Source: Octopus vulgaris
Taxonomy: Eukaryota
DNA length: 64,000 nt
Direction: 5' to 3'
Assembly (NCBI GenBank): GCA_951406725.2
Contig: OX597823.1
Location: 46,934,001 to 46,998,000, forward strand
Part shown: positions 1-12,464 of the stretch, one piece after another
Position numbering within the stretch: position 1 is the stretch's first letter
Layout of the letters: each line of letters opens with the position of its first letter
Notes under the pieces: generated by a model
Seen by the model: the letters and a program-made list of their open reading frames with translations, nothing else
Told to the model about the DNA's origin: nothing
Database searches by the model: none
Made by a program: the position numbers and the translations under genes

Positions 1-190
1 AATGGATATGTATTGGTCACAGAGATCAACTTTTAGATATTGTATGGAAATATTTCCTCTGTCGCTCGCTCTTTCACTTTTATATCTGACTAAAATATAA
101 AATATCTTAATGAAATCCTCTCAGCAGGTAAATCAGCCTCAACCAACTTCATAAAAAAAAAATTGTTTGTAAAGTAACTCGATGTATTTT

Positions 191-604
191 AGAGTGTGAC
201 TCAGTGGTAAAAAGATTACTTTCCAACTACATGGTTCCGGGTTCAGTCCTGTTACGTGGTACCTTGGGCAATTATCTTCTACAATAGCTTTGGCCCGACC
301 AATCCTTCTGAGTGGATTTGGTAGTCAGAAACTGAAAGAAGGCCGTCAAATATTCATATATGTGTACTGTGTGCGGGTTTGAATATGTGTCTCTTTTTCT
401 GTCTGTGTTGACAAGCGGTGTTTGCGTATTCACGTCTCTTTAACTTTGCGGCTTGGTTAAAGAGACCAGTAGAATAAGTTATCAGGCTTAAAAATAACTA
501 TTTACGGTCGATTCGTTCAACTGAAATTCTTCAAGGAGGTGCTCCAGCATGGCTGCAGTCTAACGACTGAAACAAGTAATCGATTAAGAATTAAAAGATA
601 AAAA
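191..604 (+). mobile_element. SINE family A, old diverged copy (tRNA-like head, CORE-like GGCACCTTGGGCAAG motif, internal microsatellite, GACTGAAACAAGTAAAAG tail)
   Basis: Colinear with the younger copies at 2248-2668 and 13959-14363. Confidence 0.8.
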
Positions 605-657
605 GTGGGAGACTGAGAAAATACCTCCATCAGTATTTAAATGTTCTTCTATCTTAC

Positions 658-689
658 CTTTATGCATTCATTTCCCATGTTCAACCTCG
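658..689 (-). other. Candidate micro-exon (32 nt)
   Basis: tttccttttatag|...AAG|gtaag; one open frame (RLNMGNECIK). Confidence 0.28.
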
Positions 690-779
690 CTATAAAAGGA
701 AACGAGGATATCGTCTTATGAAGCTGAGCGATACACTAGGTTTCGTAGATCTCCACTGATCAATAAGCAGTTTCTCAAT

Positions 780-935
780 CATTCTCTTACGTATCAATAA
801 AAATGCGCTGCAGAATACAGTAATCTCTGATTTTTCTACGAATGATATAGTGAGATGGTCATGGATGGGATGCCTTCGATCGTAGGTTTGGTAGATCAAA
901 CTTGATGTTGGGTTAAACGGCAACAGCAGCTACAT
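780..935 (+). mobile_element. Interspersed repeat family E, 3' fragment (SINE-like)
   Basis: ATGGTCATGGxTGGxATGCCTT...GGGxTAAAC(AAC)n motif recurs at ~31020-31240 and inverted at ~50120-50360. Confidence 0.45.
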
Positions 936-949
936 CTTACGAGCTATAT

Positions 950-1215
950 ATTGGTTTCACTTTTTGGCACAAGGCCAGCAATTTCGGGGTGAGCTAGGTC
1001 GATTATATCGACCCGAGCGCTCAATCAATACTTATTTTATCGATCACGAAAGGATGAAAAGCAAAAGGTGAAAGGATGGAAGGCAAAGTCGCCCAAAGGA
1101 TGAAAGGCAAACTCGCCCAAAGGATGAAAGGCAAAGTCGTCCTTGGCGGAATTTGAACTCAGAACATAAAGACAGACGAAATACCACAAAGCATTTTATC
1201 CAGCGCCATACGAGT
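950..1215 (-). mobile_element. SINE family B with internal ~24-bp tandem amplification
   Basis: Reverse complement of B box GAGTTCAAATTCCGCC plus TTTGCCTTTCATCCTTT central domain, the latter repeated about 4 times. Confidence 0.8.
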
Positions 1216-1367
1216 TATATATTAGCTTACGAGAATTTAGCTGTCTGCTTATGCTATTGAAAAACATATTCATTTCAAAATACAAAACTTATTCTCGTAA
1301 CCTTCATACACATCGAGATACATTCATTTCGTTTTTCAAGCACATACATGATAACATTAGAATTCGG

Positions 1368-1578
1368 TTACTCTCTTTACTTGTTTCAGTCATTTGACTG
1401 TGGCCATGCTGGAGCACCGCCTTTAGTCGAGCAAATCGACCCCGGGACTTATTCTTTATAAGCCCAGTACTTATTCTATCGGTCTCTTTTGCCGAACCGC
1501 TAAGTTACAGGGACGTAAACACAACAGCATCGGTTGTCAAGCAATGCTAGGGGGACAAACACAGACACACAAACACAT

Positions 1579-1628
<50 letters not shown>

Positions 1629-1812
1629 GACAGGCTTCTTTCAGTTTCCGTCTACCAAATCCACTCACAAGGCATTGGTCGGCCCGGGGCTATAGCAGAA
1701 GAGACTTGCCCAAGATGCCACGCAGTGGGACTGAACCCGGAACCTTGTGGTTGGTTAGGAAGCTACTTACCACACAGCCACTCCTGCGCCTATGGCCACT
1801 CCTGCGCCTATT
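1368..1812 (-). mobile_element. SINE family A, young full-length copy
   Basis: Complete head (GGCGCAGGAGTGGCTGTGTGG...GGTTCAGTCC), internal (TA)n(TG)n and tail. Confidence 0.9.
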
Positions 1813-1974
1813 GTTTAAATAATTTTACAAATAATTTTACCAATCAACTTCAACACTTCTAGAGAAATATAATACACAAACGTCTGCTTACTATTCTCAA
1901 GGTGAACATCACAATTCTGACTTCAGTATCACAGTTGTTAACTTTGAGCCAATTTTTTTTTATATATACTATGT

Positions 1975-2160
1975 TTTCTTGTTTCAGTTCTTAGTTGGCG
2001 GTCATGCTGGAGTGCCGCCTTGAAGAATCTTTAACCGTATGTAATTTGTTTTAAGTCTGGTACTTTTGTGTCAGTCTCTACAGCCGAACCGGTATCTTAC
2101 GGGAACGTAAACACAGCAACACACCGGCTGCCAAGCGGTAGTGGTCGACACACAGACGCA
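1975..2160 (-). mobile_element. SINE family A, 3' half, diverged
   Basis: CATGCTGGAGTGCCGCCTT and GCCGAACC...ACGTAAACAC blocks. Confidence 0.7.
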
Positions 2161-2169
2161 CACACGCAG

Positions 2170-2247
<78 letters not shown>

Positions 2248-2248
<1 letters not shown>

Positions 2249-2405
2249 GGCGCAGGAGTGGTAAGTACCTTCTTAACCAAGCACATGGTTCCGGGTTCAG
2301 TCCCACTGCGTGGCATCTTGGGCAAGTGTCTTCTGCTATAGCCTCGGGCCAACCAATGCCTTGTGAGTGGACTTGGTAGACCGAAACTGAAAGAAGCCTG
2401 TCGTA

Positions 2406-2466
<61 letters not shown>

Positions 2467-2668
2467 TTGTGTGTCTGTGTTTGTTCCCCTAGCATTGCTT
2501 GACAACCGATGCTGGTGTGTTTACGTCCCCGTCACTTAGTGGTTCGGCAAAAGAGACAGATAGAATAAGTACTGGGCTTACAAAGAATAAGTCCCGGGTC
2601 GATTTGCTCGACTGAAGGCGGTGCTCCAGCATGGCCGCAGTCAAATGACTGAAACAAGTAAAAGAGTA
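2248..2668 (+). mobile_element. SINE family A, young near-full-length copy
   Basis: Head to tail structure, flanked by (TA)n. Confidence 0.9.
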
Positions 2669-2679
2669 TATATATATAT

Positions 2680-2822
2680 ACGACAGGCTTGTTTCAGTTT
2701 ACCAAATCCACTTACAAGCGTATCGTTGGCCCGAGGCTACAGCAGAAGATACGTGCCCAATTCAGGGGGACTGAACCCAGAACTATGTGGTTGGGATGCA
2801 AGCTTCTTACCACACAGCCACT
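2680..2822 (-). mobile_element. SINE family A, 5' half
   Basis: GGGACTGAACCC...CTTACCACACAGCCAC. Confidence 0.75.
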
Positions 2823-3322
2823 TCATAAACTTTTTTTCTATTTCAGTAAATAATTCTATCTTAACAACTCTGTCATATCGCAATCACTCTAAAATACTTT
2901 CAATCTATCTTTTATTTTTTTTACGCTTCCTCTTTTGATAACTATTTCATGTCTTTTAAACTGTTAACTAGCAAAAACTGATGAGGATGATGGCTAGATA
3001 TATTAAAAAAAAAACTGAAGTGTTTATCTCAGTAAATACGATGCGTTTGAAGCAGTGCTTTGTCCGAAGATATTTGAAAGCAATTACTTGACCCTACGAG
3101 GTAAAGGATGTAATACTTAATTAAGTTTGAATTTCACATTGTTTTTAATCTGCAACTCCAGTGAAAGAGTAAGAAGTGGAACACCATGTAAATAAGTATA
3201 AGAAAAACGAGAGAAGGATTTGATACGCAGAGAAGTGTTTGGTGAGAAGAGAAGGGTTAGATAATAGAGAAAATAAGAAGCAACTAAACTCACTGGTGTT
3301 TAATGGTGATATAAAGTAGGTT

Positions 3323-3357
<35 letters not shown>

Positions 3358-3377
3358 ATATATATATATATATTATA

Positions 3378-3586
3378 TACTCTTTACTCTCTCTTTTACT
3401 TGTTTCAGTCATTTGACTGCGGCCATGCTGGAGCACCGCCTTTAGTCGAACAAATCGACCCCGGGACTTATTCTTTGTAAGCCTAGTACTTATTCTATCG
3501 GTCTCTTTTGCCGAACCGCTAAGTGACGGGGACGTAAACACACCAGCATCGGTTGTCAAGCAATGCTAGGTAGACAAACACGAACG

Positions 3587-3622
<36 letters not shown>

Positions 3623-3781
3623 CATATATACGACAGGCTTCTTTCAGTTTCCGTCTACCAAATCCACTCACAAGGCATTGGTCGGCCCGGGACTATAGCA
3701 GAAGACATTTTGCCCAAGATTCCACGCAGTGGGACTGAACCCGGAACCATGTGGTTGGTTAGCAAGCTACTTACCACACAG

Positions 3782-3782
<1 letters not shown>
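3378..3782 (-). mobile_element. SINE family A, young copy
   Basis: Near-identical to 1368-1812; embedded in (TA)n. Confidence 0.9.
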
Positions 3783-3859
<77 letters not shown>

Positions 3860-3863
3860 CATA

Positions 3864-3911
<48 letters not shown>

Positions 3912-3915
<4 letters not shown>

Positions 3916-4179
3916 CAATAATAAAAGGGTAAAATTAATTAATAATTAATTAATTTTACCAAGTAGTGTTCAGTATGTAAAAAAGACCATTTACGGTATA
4001 TTTAGAACATTACGTTATATAATTAGGGTTCAGTAAATTATTTTTGAGTATACATTGTCTGGGAGACTTTTCTTATAGTAGAAGAAATAGCTAAAATTTT
4101 TGGGCTGCTATTTCTAAAAGTTCGGTATGTGGTAAAGTAATTTTTTTTTTTACTGAACCCTAATTATATAACGTAATGT

Positions 4180-4182
<3 letters not shown>
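3912..4182. repeat. Multi-hairpin element: palindrome 3928-3960 and perfect 34-bp inverted repeat 4004-4037/4149-4182
   Basis: AGAACATTACGTTATATAATTAGGGTTCAGTAAA and its exact reverse complement. Confidence 0.85.
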
Positions 4183-4213
<31 letters not shown>

Positions 4214-4214
4214 A

Positions 4215-4512
4215 AGACCCCTCTTTGGTCATGAATGACCATGGAATTGCGCCTAAAAACTTACCCTCCGAAGCACAAGTCCGGGCAAAGTTGTTTATTG
4301 AAGACCAGCAGTCGCCCAAGCATACCAACCGCCCTTATCTATGACACTGATGTTTTCTAAGGGAAAGGCCGACACCAGTGACAACGCAACTCATTTCTAC
4401 AGCTGAGTGAACTGGAGCAACGTGAAATAAACTATGTTGCTCAGTCCGGATATCGAACTCACTACCTCATGACTATGAACCCGACGCTCTAACCACTGAG
4501 CCATGCGCCTTT
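4215..4512 (-). mobile_element. tRNA-derived SINE, head D + tail type i
   Basis: A box TGGCTCAGTGG, B box GAGTTCGATATCC, TTTCACGTTGCTCCAGTTCACTCAGC body; matches 9727-10048. Confidence 0.85.
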
Positions 4513-4841
4513 AGGAAGCAGATTTAGCTCAGTAATATTTATATCCGATTGTGATAATTCTTTTTTTTTTTTTTTTTTTTCTTAGAATGCAGCACATTTT
4601 TGGTGGGTCGTGTAAGAGTCGGCAACATCTCATAGCTGAACTAGATTTTCGTTCTGAAATAAATAAGCGTGATTTCCTGTAGGAACATTAATTTCTTTTG
4701 CTAATGAGGTTTTGGTGTGTGGTTGACGTTCGTTGAAATTTAAAACGTTCAGTTTCTTGTAACCTAGCTCTTTCCCTTTCTTACTTTTCTTCTGTAATAT
4801 GAAGAATTGTAAATACAAATGATTAACAAAAACTGTTAGTG

Positions 4842-4887
<46 letters not shown>

Positions 4888-5079
4888 TATTCAAAGAAAT
4901 TCCAACTCTGTTTTTTATGTTATTTATGATATGTTTTTATGTTTTTTATGATATCCTTCGATACGGCCATTAAAGATTTTCGTTTTATCCACTCTGTGTT
5001 GTATAATGTAGGCTGGTCCGTTAAGTTAGACGCAAACAATCTACATTTCATATTCTTTTTGGAATGTTACGAAGTCAGT

Positions 5080-5387
5080 TACGAAGATGAGGGTTCCATT
5101 TGATCCGATCGGATCAACTGGAAGAGTTTGCTCGTGAAATTAATGTGCAAGTAGCTGAGTACTCCACAGACACGCGTACCCTTAAACTAGTTCTCAAGGA
5201 GATTCAGTCTGACACACAATATGACAAGGCCGTGCCTTTGAATTACAATTCAATTTTTCAAGCTAAGTGAACTGGAGCAACGTGGAATAAAGTGCATTGT
5301 ACAAAAACACAACACTCCGCCGGTAATCGAACTCATGACCTCGCCATCGTGAGCCGATTACCTAACCACTAAGCCACGTTCCTTCAT
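5080..5387 (-). mobile_element. tRNA-derived SINE, head D + tail type ii
   Basis: Matches 40854-41167 in reverse. Confidence 0.75.
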
Positions 5388-5401
5388 ATATATATGTAAT
5401 T

Positions 5402-5455
<54 letters not shown>

Positions 5456-6758
5456 TGTATATATATACAAACCAACGGACACACGCACTCACCCACACAA
5501 TTGTCTTAGAAATGCGATCAAGATAAACGTATTGAACATATTAAACAATTATCCTGGAATTTTTACTTTTCAAATCCTGGACTGCAGCTATGCTGGGGAC
5601 ACTGCATTGAAATGTTTAGTGGAACGAATCGATCCCATTACTTATTAAGTTTGCTATTTATTCTGTTGTCTTTATTTTATTTTCCTGTCGAACCTCTTAT
5701 TTACAGGGACATAAACAAACTAACGTCAGTTCTCAAGCTGTATGAAGACAAACACACACACACACACACGCACGCGTTATTCCACCGATAAGTTTGTTAT
5801 TGTTTGCTCTTCATTTTGCAGCTTGTTGGGGGTAGTTCACTTCCGGTTTGTATCTGGGACCAATGTTGTTTTGTCTTCTGACCGGCCGGCCGGCCGTGTC
5901 TTTTTGTGTACGTCCGTGTCTCGGAGGACTGTTTGTCACCCCTGAATGTTTCTTGGTTGTTTTGCGTTGCTGTCAGCGTCGCTTTGCATCGGTGTGGCCA
6001 ATTTTGCTGCTTCTGTGGTGGTGAACCGACAGAGTTTTTGTAAGCTAATTTAAGTATATTTAGTTGTTTTCTCATGTTAACCTGAGATATATACTTACAA
6101 TAATGTATCGGTAATTGTATATCCATGGGTGAAAGTGCTTCAATGTAATATTTTGTAGTTAATCGCCTATGTGCAATTTATAATGTTCAAGCATTAAATT
6201 TCAGTATATTCAACATTTTACCTCATTTAGTACCCACGCCCAGTCATGATAAACATGTTAAATGTATTTATTTTGTAGTCAAATTTTTGTTACAATGAAG
6301 CTCTATATCAGGAAAAATGCATTAGAATGTTCCATAAAATGTCGGTATCAGTAAAATGTATCAGAATACCCCAGAAAAATGGCGGTTAATTTATTTATGA
6401 AATATATCAGATTACATTATGTTTCATAATATGTGAATATCAAAGGGGGGGAGGGTCATATTTATACCTGTCAGAATATTCTATTATTATCAGAATATCA
6501 TCGTATCAGAAAACAAATAACAGAAAACCCTGTTCGAATAATTTTGTATTTAAGTTTATTTTATTTTTGTATTTTTTCTTCTTTTTTTTTTGTAGTCTAC
6601 CGAACACTTGCCGTACACTTATATGTATGTGGCACACGTAGACATCGTAACGTATGAGTAGAAAATAAATGGCTCCAAAGTTTACACCATTGTTCATCTT
6701 TATTGTCACTGTGGTGATTGTGGCCCCAACTGCCTAGATTTCTACACGAAGCAGCAGC

Positions 6759-6769
<11 letters not shown>

Positions 6770-6789
<20 letters not shown>

Positions 6790-6946
6790 TTATGACAAGA
6801 TTTGAAAGTTTCTGCCTACCAAATTCATTTGCAAGGTAGTAATCGGTCTGAGACTCTTGTAGAAGAAATTTGCCGAAGGTACTGTGCAGTGGAACTGAAC
6901 CCGAAACCACGTAGTTACAAAGCAAGCTTCTTTTCCATATAGCCAT
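6770..6946 (-). mobile_element. SINE family A, diverged 5' half
   Basis: GCAGTGGAACTGAACCCG and CTACCAAATTCA blocks. Confidence 0.65.
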
Positions 6947-8217
6947 GTTTTTTTTTATGCATTAAGTTAAGAATTGATTTAATGCATGTAAATAAAGATG
7001 GCTGTGGAGATATGTATTACAGGAAGCCATGGATCTGGTTTGGATAGGAATCATCGTTTTTCAAAAATATGTGTGTATAAGATCCTGTCTCTGCTTGTGT
7101 CAAAAAATACATTGATAGATAGATAGATAGATATCACCACTCCTCTCAAACCCACACACCCAAGGAAGATTTTGACTCAATGGAGACTATATAAAGGCAG
7201 GACTAACTTCAGTGCATCGCAGTTCGACGATAGCTTAACTGGCCGACACTTCGAAGTCACTTTCAATAATATTCTTATTCAAGAATAACAAATTTGCACT
7301 CTACAAAAGTATAGAGTAACCCATCAAATTAACGTAATTTTTTTTTTATCATAACTGAATATAAATAGAAATACACACATATGCATATATGTTTGTGTTC
7401 ATACATGTATGTATAAGTGTATGCGTGAGGTTGTATTTATATTCTATCGTATCAGCTCATTGAAATTATAATATTCTATTCTCAGCAGGAAGAGGAAGGA
7501 CTTTTTCTGAGACTCAGTGCAGAATAACCAAACAGTATCCCTCTGCATTGATTTTATTCATCATGAAAGATTCATCAATATACAATAGACTCAGTTTTTT
7601 TTTTCTTCTTCTTCATCTTCTTTGTAGTCACATAAAATTATTCTCCTTGTGACAATAAGTCAACTGGCTAGAATTATGCTATCGATTTCAGACCACTGTT
7701 TAAAAACTTTCAATTTGGAATACTTATTTATATGCACTGACGTGGAAGTGAGGGATCGCTTGCAAACTTAATTTGTCATTCCATTCTGAGAAATTTCTAA
7801 ATTTATAAGAAGCTTGCTAGTTCACCGATTCTTTATGGTTCACTTATATGCACGTTTTCCCTTCATGTCTTTAATTCCTCGACGGAGAAGAGCCCGATAT
7901 TTATAATTATATATATAATTCTTTAACAAGAATAGTGTTGACAGTGAGTTCGAAGTTTCGGCTTCCTTATCCTTCATCGAATAATCCGTTAAATGCTAAG
8001 CAGATCAAAACCACGAAGTTACTGTCAACACTAATTCTTGTTAAAGGCTAATAAATCTGAACTCTGCAAAAGGTTTTGAGTAATCTTTCAATTTATTGTG
8101 AAATTGCCATTCTAATTCGGCATAAAAATAAATATGTATATATATATATATATGTACGTACGAACTTATGTATGTACGTACTTCTGTATAACTTACATGG
8201 CCAACTAACGTTTAGAT

Positions 8218-9635
8218 ATATTTCTTAATTGCCCACAAGGGGCTAAACATAGAGGGGACAAACAAGGACAGACAAAGAGATTATGTCGATTACATCGACC
8301 CCAGTGCGTAACTGGTACTTTATTTATCGACCTGAAAGGATGAAAGGCAAAGTCGACCTCGGCGGAATTTGAACTCAGAACGTAAAGACTGACGAAATAC
8401 AGCTAAGCATTTCACCCGGCGTTCTAACGTTTCTGCCAGCTCACCGTCTTACCTTCGCTAAAATATTAAATTCTCTGTTAAGCAAAGTTCTAAGCCGAAG
8501 ATTGTCAGTGAAACACGATTGTTCGTATCCTTCTTCTGTAGAACTATCTCTGCCCAACTAATAAAGCTCGGTGTGTTTCCAGTGGTGGCAGACGTCTCTT
8601 GATTCAAAAGGTTATTAATTACAGATTTTACTAAAAGTTTTTCTTCCACTCTGATCATGTTTTGAATCAATTCTTAGAACTTCTCTCAGGCCGATCGTCA
8701 TATTTATCTGACACGTCCTTGAAGAAATCTAAACAATAAATAACCTTTCTGAAAATACTTCGAAGTTACTTGTCACGGTAAATTATTGGTTTCAAATTTC
8801 GGCACAAGATCAGCAAATTCGAGGATAAGTCAAGTACATCAACCCCAGTATCCAGCTGGTATTTATTTTATTGACTCCAAATGGATGAAAGGCAAAGTCG
8901 ACTTCGCTGGAATTTGTACTCAGAACGTAGAGACGAACGAATTGCTGCAAACACGACGTGACTTTGCTGTCATGGGAAATCATTGAAATCATTCATTTAA
9001 TGGTGAGCTAACAGAAGAAAAAATATGAGAATATAGTTACATGTAAAAGCCGTTGTCACTTATTTTTATGAAATGTTTGTTGGTTTTGTCATGTTAAACA
9101 AACGAATGCCTAGCAATGAATAACTAGAATGTCTGTTCACTGCAGTTGCTCTTTGCTAAATTTACAAAAGCAAAAAAAAAGAACAAAAATACGAGTGAAA
9201 GACGCTGTTTAAAAATTGTTTTCAAAGTAAAAATTGCATGTGATCAAGTGGAAATGTAAATAGCGGATATAAATTTTGACACGAGGCCAGGAATTTCGGG
9301 GGGGGGGGGGTTAAGTCGATTACATGTGATTACTCCAGTGATTAATTGGTACGTACTTTAACGATCTTGGAAGGATGAAAGGTAAAAAATGACCGTCGTA
9401 GAGTTTGAACTCTGAATGCAAACACGGACGAAATGCCATTAAACATTTTGCCCGGTACAGTTACATTTCTGCCAGCTCGTCGTTTTAGTGGAAATATAAC
9501 GGTTTCAAATTAAAACACAAGACCGGCAATCGAGGGAGTGGATAAGTCAATTACATCGATCCTAGTGATCAACTGGTGGTACTTATTTTATCAATTCCGA
9601 AAGGATGAAAGGTAAAGTCGACCTCGGCGGAAATT
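8218..9635 (-). mobile_element. Four SINE family B copies (8218-8450, 8785-8945, 9270-9490, 9500-9635)
   Basis: Repeated GGATGAAAGGCAAAGTCGACCTCGGCGGAATTTGAACTC. Confidence 0.8.
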
Positions 9636-9726
9636 CAAGTGAAAATATAAATATTATAAATCAACCCCAAAATATGGATAAAATCAAATGCGAAGACGTT
9701 ACAGAAAATATTATCAAAGGATGCTG

Positions 9727-10048
9727 AGACCCGCTTCGGTCATGATACTGACCATGGGATTGCACCTAGAAAGTTACCCTCCCAGGCACAAGTCTGGGCA
9801 AGGTTGTTTATGGAAGACCAGCAGTAACCCATGCATACTGGCTTCCAGTGTTATCCAAGGGAAAGGCAAAGGCCGCTACAGCTTGGCAACTGTGACATCG
9901 CAACTAATTTCTACAGCTGAGTGAACTGGAGCAACGTGAAATAAAGTGTCTTGCTCAAGAACACAACACGCAGCCCGGTCCGGGATTCGAACTCATAAGC
10001 TCACGATCGTAAGCTCGACGCTCTAACCACTGAGCCATGCGCCTTCAC
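9727..10048 (-). mobile_element. tRNA-derived SINE, head D + tail type i
   Basis: GGCGCATGGCTCAGTGGTTAGAGC...GAGTTCGAATCCC; TTGTGTTCTTGAGCAAGACACT CORE-like body. Confidence 0.9.
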
Positions 10049-10969
10049 AAAGGATAGAAAGGTAAAATTGTAATGTTTCCACTGAAAAATCAGGCATATT
10101 GAGAAAAGTGTTTTGTATTTCAAAGGTAAACGCTAAAGTACGAGTAGACAATGGAATTAGATGTTTGGAATCTTTTTTGTTAAACTGACACTTTTCAATT
10201 TCTTCAATTTCTGTTCCAACTGATTTCAAGTTTGATGTATTGACGTAGCTTTGTATGGTAATCATTGACATGAAATTCATTTTCGCCGTAAATCAATAAA
10301 TAAATAGTTAATAGTTTTTGAAGTTTGCAAATGTTTTGTAATTTTAACCAATGGAAAGCGACAAGCTGTTACACCAATTTGCTTACCCACGTGGTCATTT
10401 TGCGCTTATTACGTGCTTAAAACACATGAGGTATGGGGTGTTCGTTGGATGTGCTAAAAATGATAACTAAATAGACCTTAAATCACGAACCTTTTGGTGG
10501 GGAAGGGTTGCATATTCTTATGAATTCCCGTATGTAGAATACAAATTCGCAAAACTTTTCTGAAAATTCCAAAATATATAACTGTTATGAGGAGCTATAT
10601 GGCCTGCATAAAGCAGAATCCCACCAATATTTCATTTGTTTACAATTGACAACATGCGTAGTCACACACAAAATGACAGCTTCCAAATCGTATTTTCTGG
10701 TCGGGTAAAAATCACAACTTCTGTAGCTTTTTAAAAAAAATATTTTTGTAAAAAGCAAAATATCTCCACAGATCAGCATGAAAAATTACATCAAACCCGG
10801 AACCATGTGGTTGGTAAGCAAGCTACTTACCACACAGCCACTCCTAGTTTTTTAGTAAAACTATTAAAGTACGAGTTAACAAAATATTGAGGGGTGTCTT
10901 TGGAGATTTCGTAGTAAAATTTGTCTGATCCTAAATGTTTTGAAATATCAATAATAATTAAAAATTTAT

Positions 10970-11543
10970 GTTTTACTTGTCTTAGTCATTAGACTGCTGT
11001 CATGCTGCTACTTAATTTATAGACCCCGAAAGACGACCTCGGTGGAATTTGAACTCAGAACATAGTAGCAAACGAAATATCGCTAAGCATTTCGCCCGGC
11101 GTGCTAACCATTCTGCCAGCTCGCCTCCTAGAATAATAATACCAACAACAACAATGGCCATGTTGGAGTCATGCTGTGGCACAGCCTTGTAGAATATTTA
11201 GTCGAATGAAACTACCCTGGTACTTTTTTTAAAGCCTGATATATATTCTACCTATTTATTATATTTTGCTGAACCGCTAAAACGTAAAAACACCAACACC
11301 GGTTGTGAAGGACAAACACAGACACAAAGACAAACACGTGTACACACATACATACACACACACAGATATACATATATACGAGGCACTTCTTTCAGATTCC
11401 ATCTACGAAGTACACTCACAAGTCTTTGGTCAGCCTGATGCTGCATTAGAAGACACTTGCCCAAGGTAACACACAGTGGGACTGAACCTGGAACTATGTG
11501 GTTGAGGAGCAAACTTCTTACCACACAGCCACGCCTGCGCCTA
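10970..11543 (-). mobile_element. SINE family A interrupted by a family B fragment (11010-11130)
   Basis: A tail at 10970-11010, A body and head at 11155-11543. Confidence 0.7.
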
Positions 11544-11972
11544 TATTAGAATCTCACTAAAACGAAATTCATGCCTACAGAAAACAGAACTTGAAAAAAT
11601 GTTTTAAACTTTTTTGCAATGCAAACAGGTAAACCACACGAGTTGAATTGTCTAGCAAGGTATGAAGAATATGGCCAATTGCTAACTACGAATTTTTAAA
11701 GTTCAGTAAACCTTCTAAAATGGCTGTTGTCATTCCTATTTATATTCTAAGGAAGTACGAAATTGAGTCAAAAAGACAAGTTGTTTAGAGCATAGTTCTT
11801 GATTGATTGATTGATTCAAATTAACATGACTAGCATTTTCTGTTTGTTGACTTTAGTCACTCCGCAAGAAGAACTGGACAGTCGTCAGTCATCTGGGATT
11901 TACTAGTCAGACTGTTGCTTCAGATATTCCAGTTATTCACAATAGGGAACATTTTTTGTTATCTTCTATTAC

Positions 11973-12125
11973 CTGTGTGTTGAAAGTCAGTTAATTTCCA
12001 CAATGCTAGCAAGCAAGAACTGCTTCTATAAACTTCTGCAACTTTAGCAGTAACCGGTTCGCGAGGACAATTGTGCATTGAGCCACTAAAAGTTGCAACA
12101 GAAGAAACAGTAATGTGAAAAGAAC
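11973..12125 (-). other. Candidate exon (153 nt, open in phase 1-1)
   Basis: ...tag|GTTC...ACAG|gtaata in unique sequence; no recognisable protein family. Confidence 0.3.
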
Positions 12126-12464
12126 CTACCAGGTCAATACATAAAATAAATTGGAAGGCATGAAAATAGACGAAGAAAAATCTTTTCATTTCTTTTCAAG
12201 AAGCAAAGCATTCAAAGTTGAAACATACACCTTTTTTATTTATTGTGGTACACTATTGAAAACTAACCGGGAGAAAAATCCAAAGATATGTAGTGGAACG
12301 GAATACATTAAATAACTGCAGGATTTACAAATATCTACGACATACACATATAACGTAGAGTACTTTGAATACTATATAAAGTTCAAAATCAAAACAAAAT
12401 ACTGTAAACTGCTTCACTCGATGGTGCAGTGAATGTACACGACAACAGTAATAATAATAATGAT

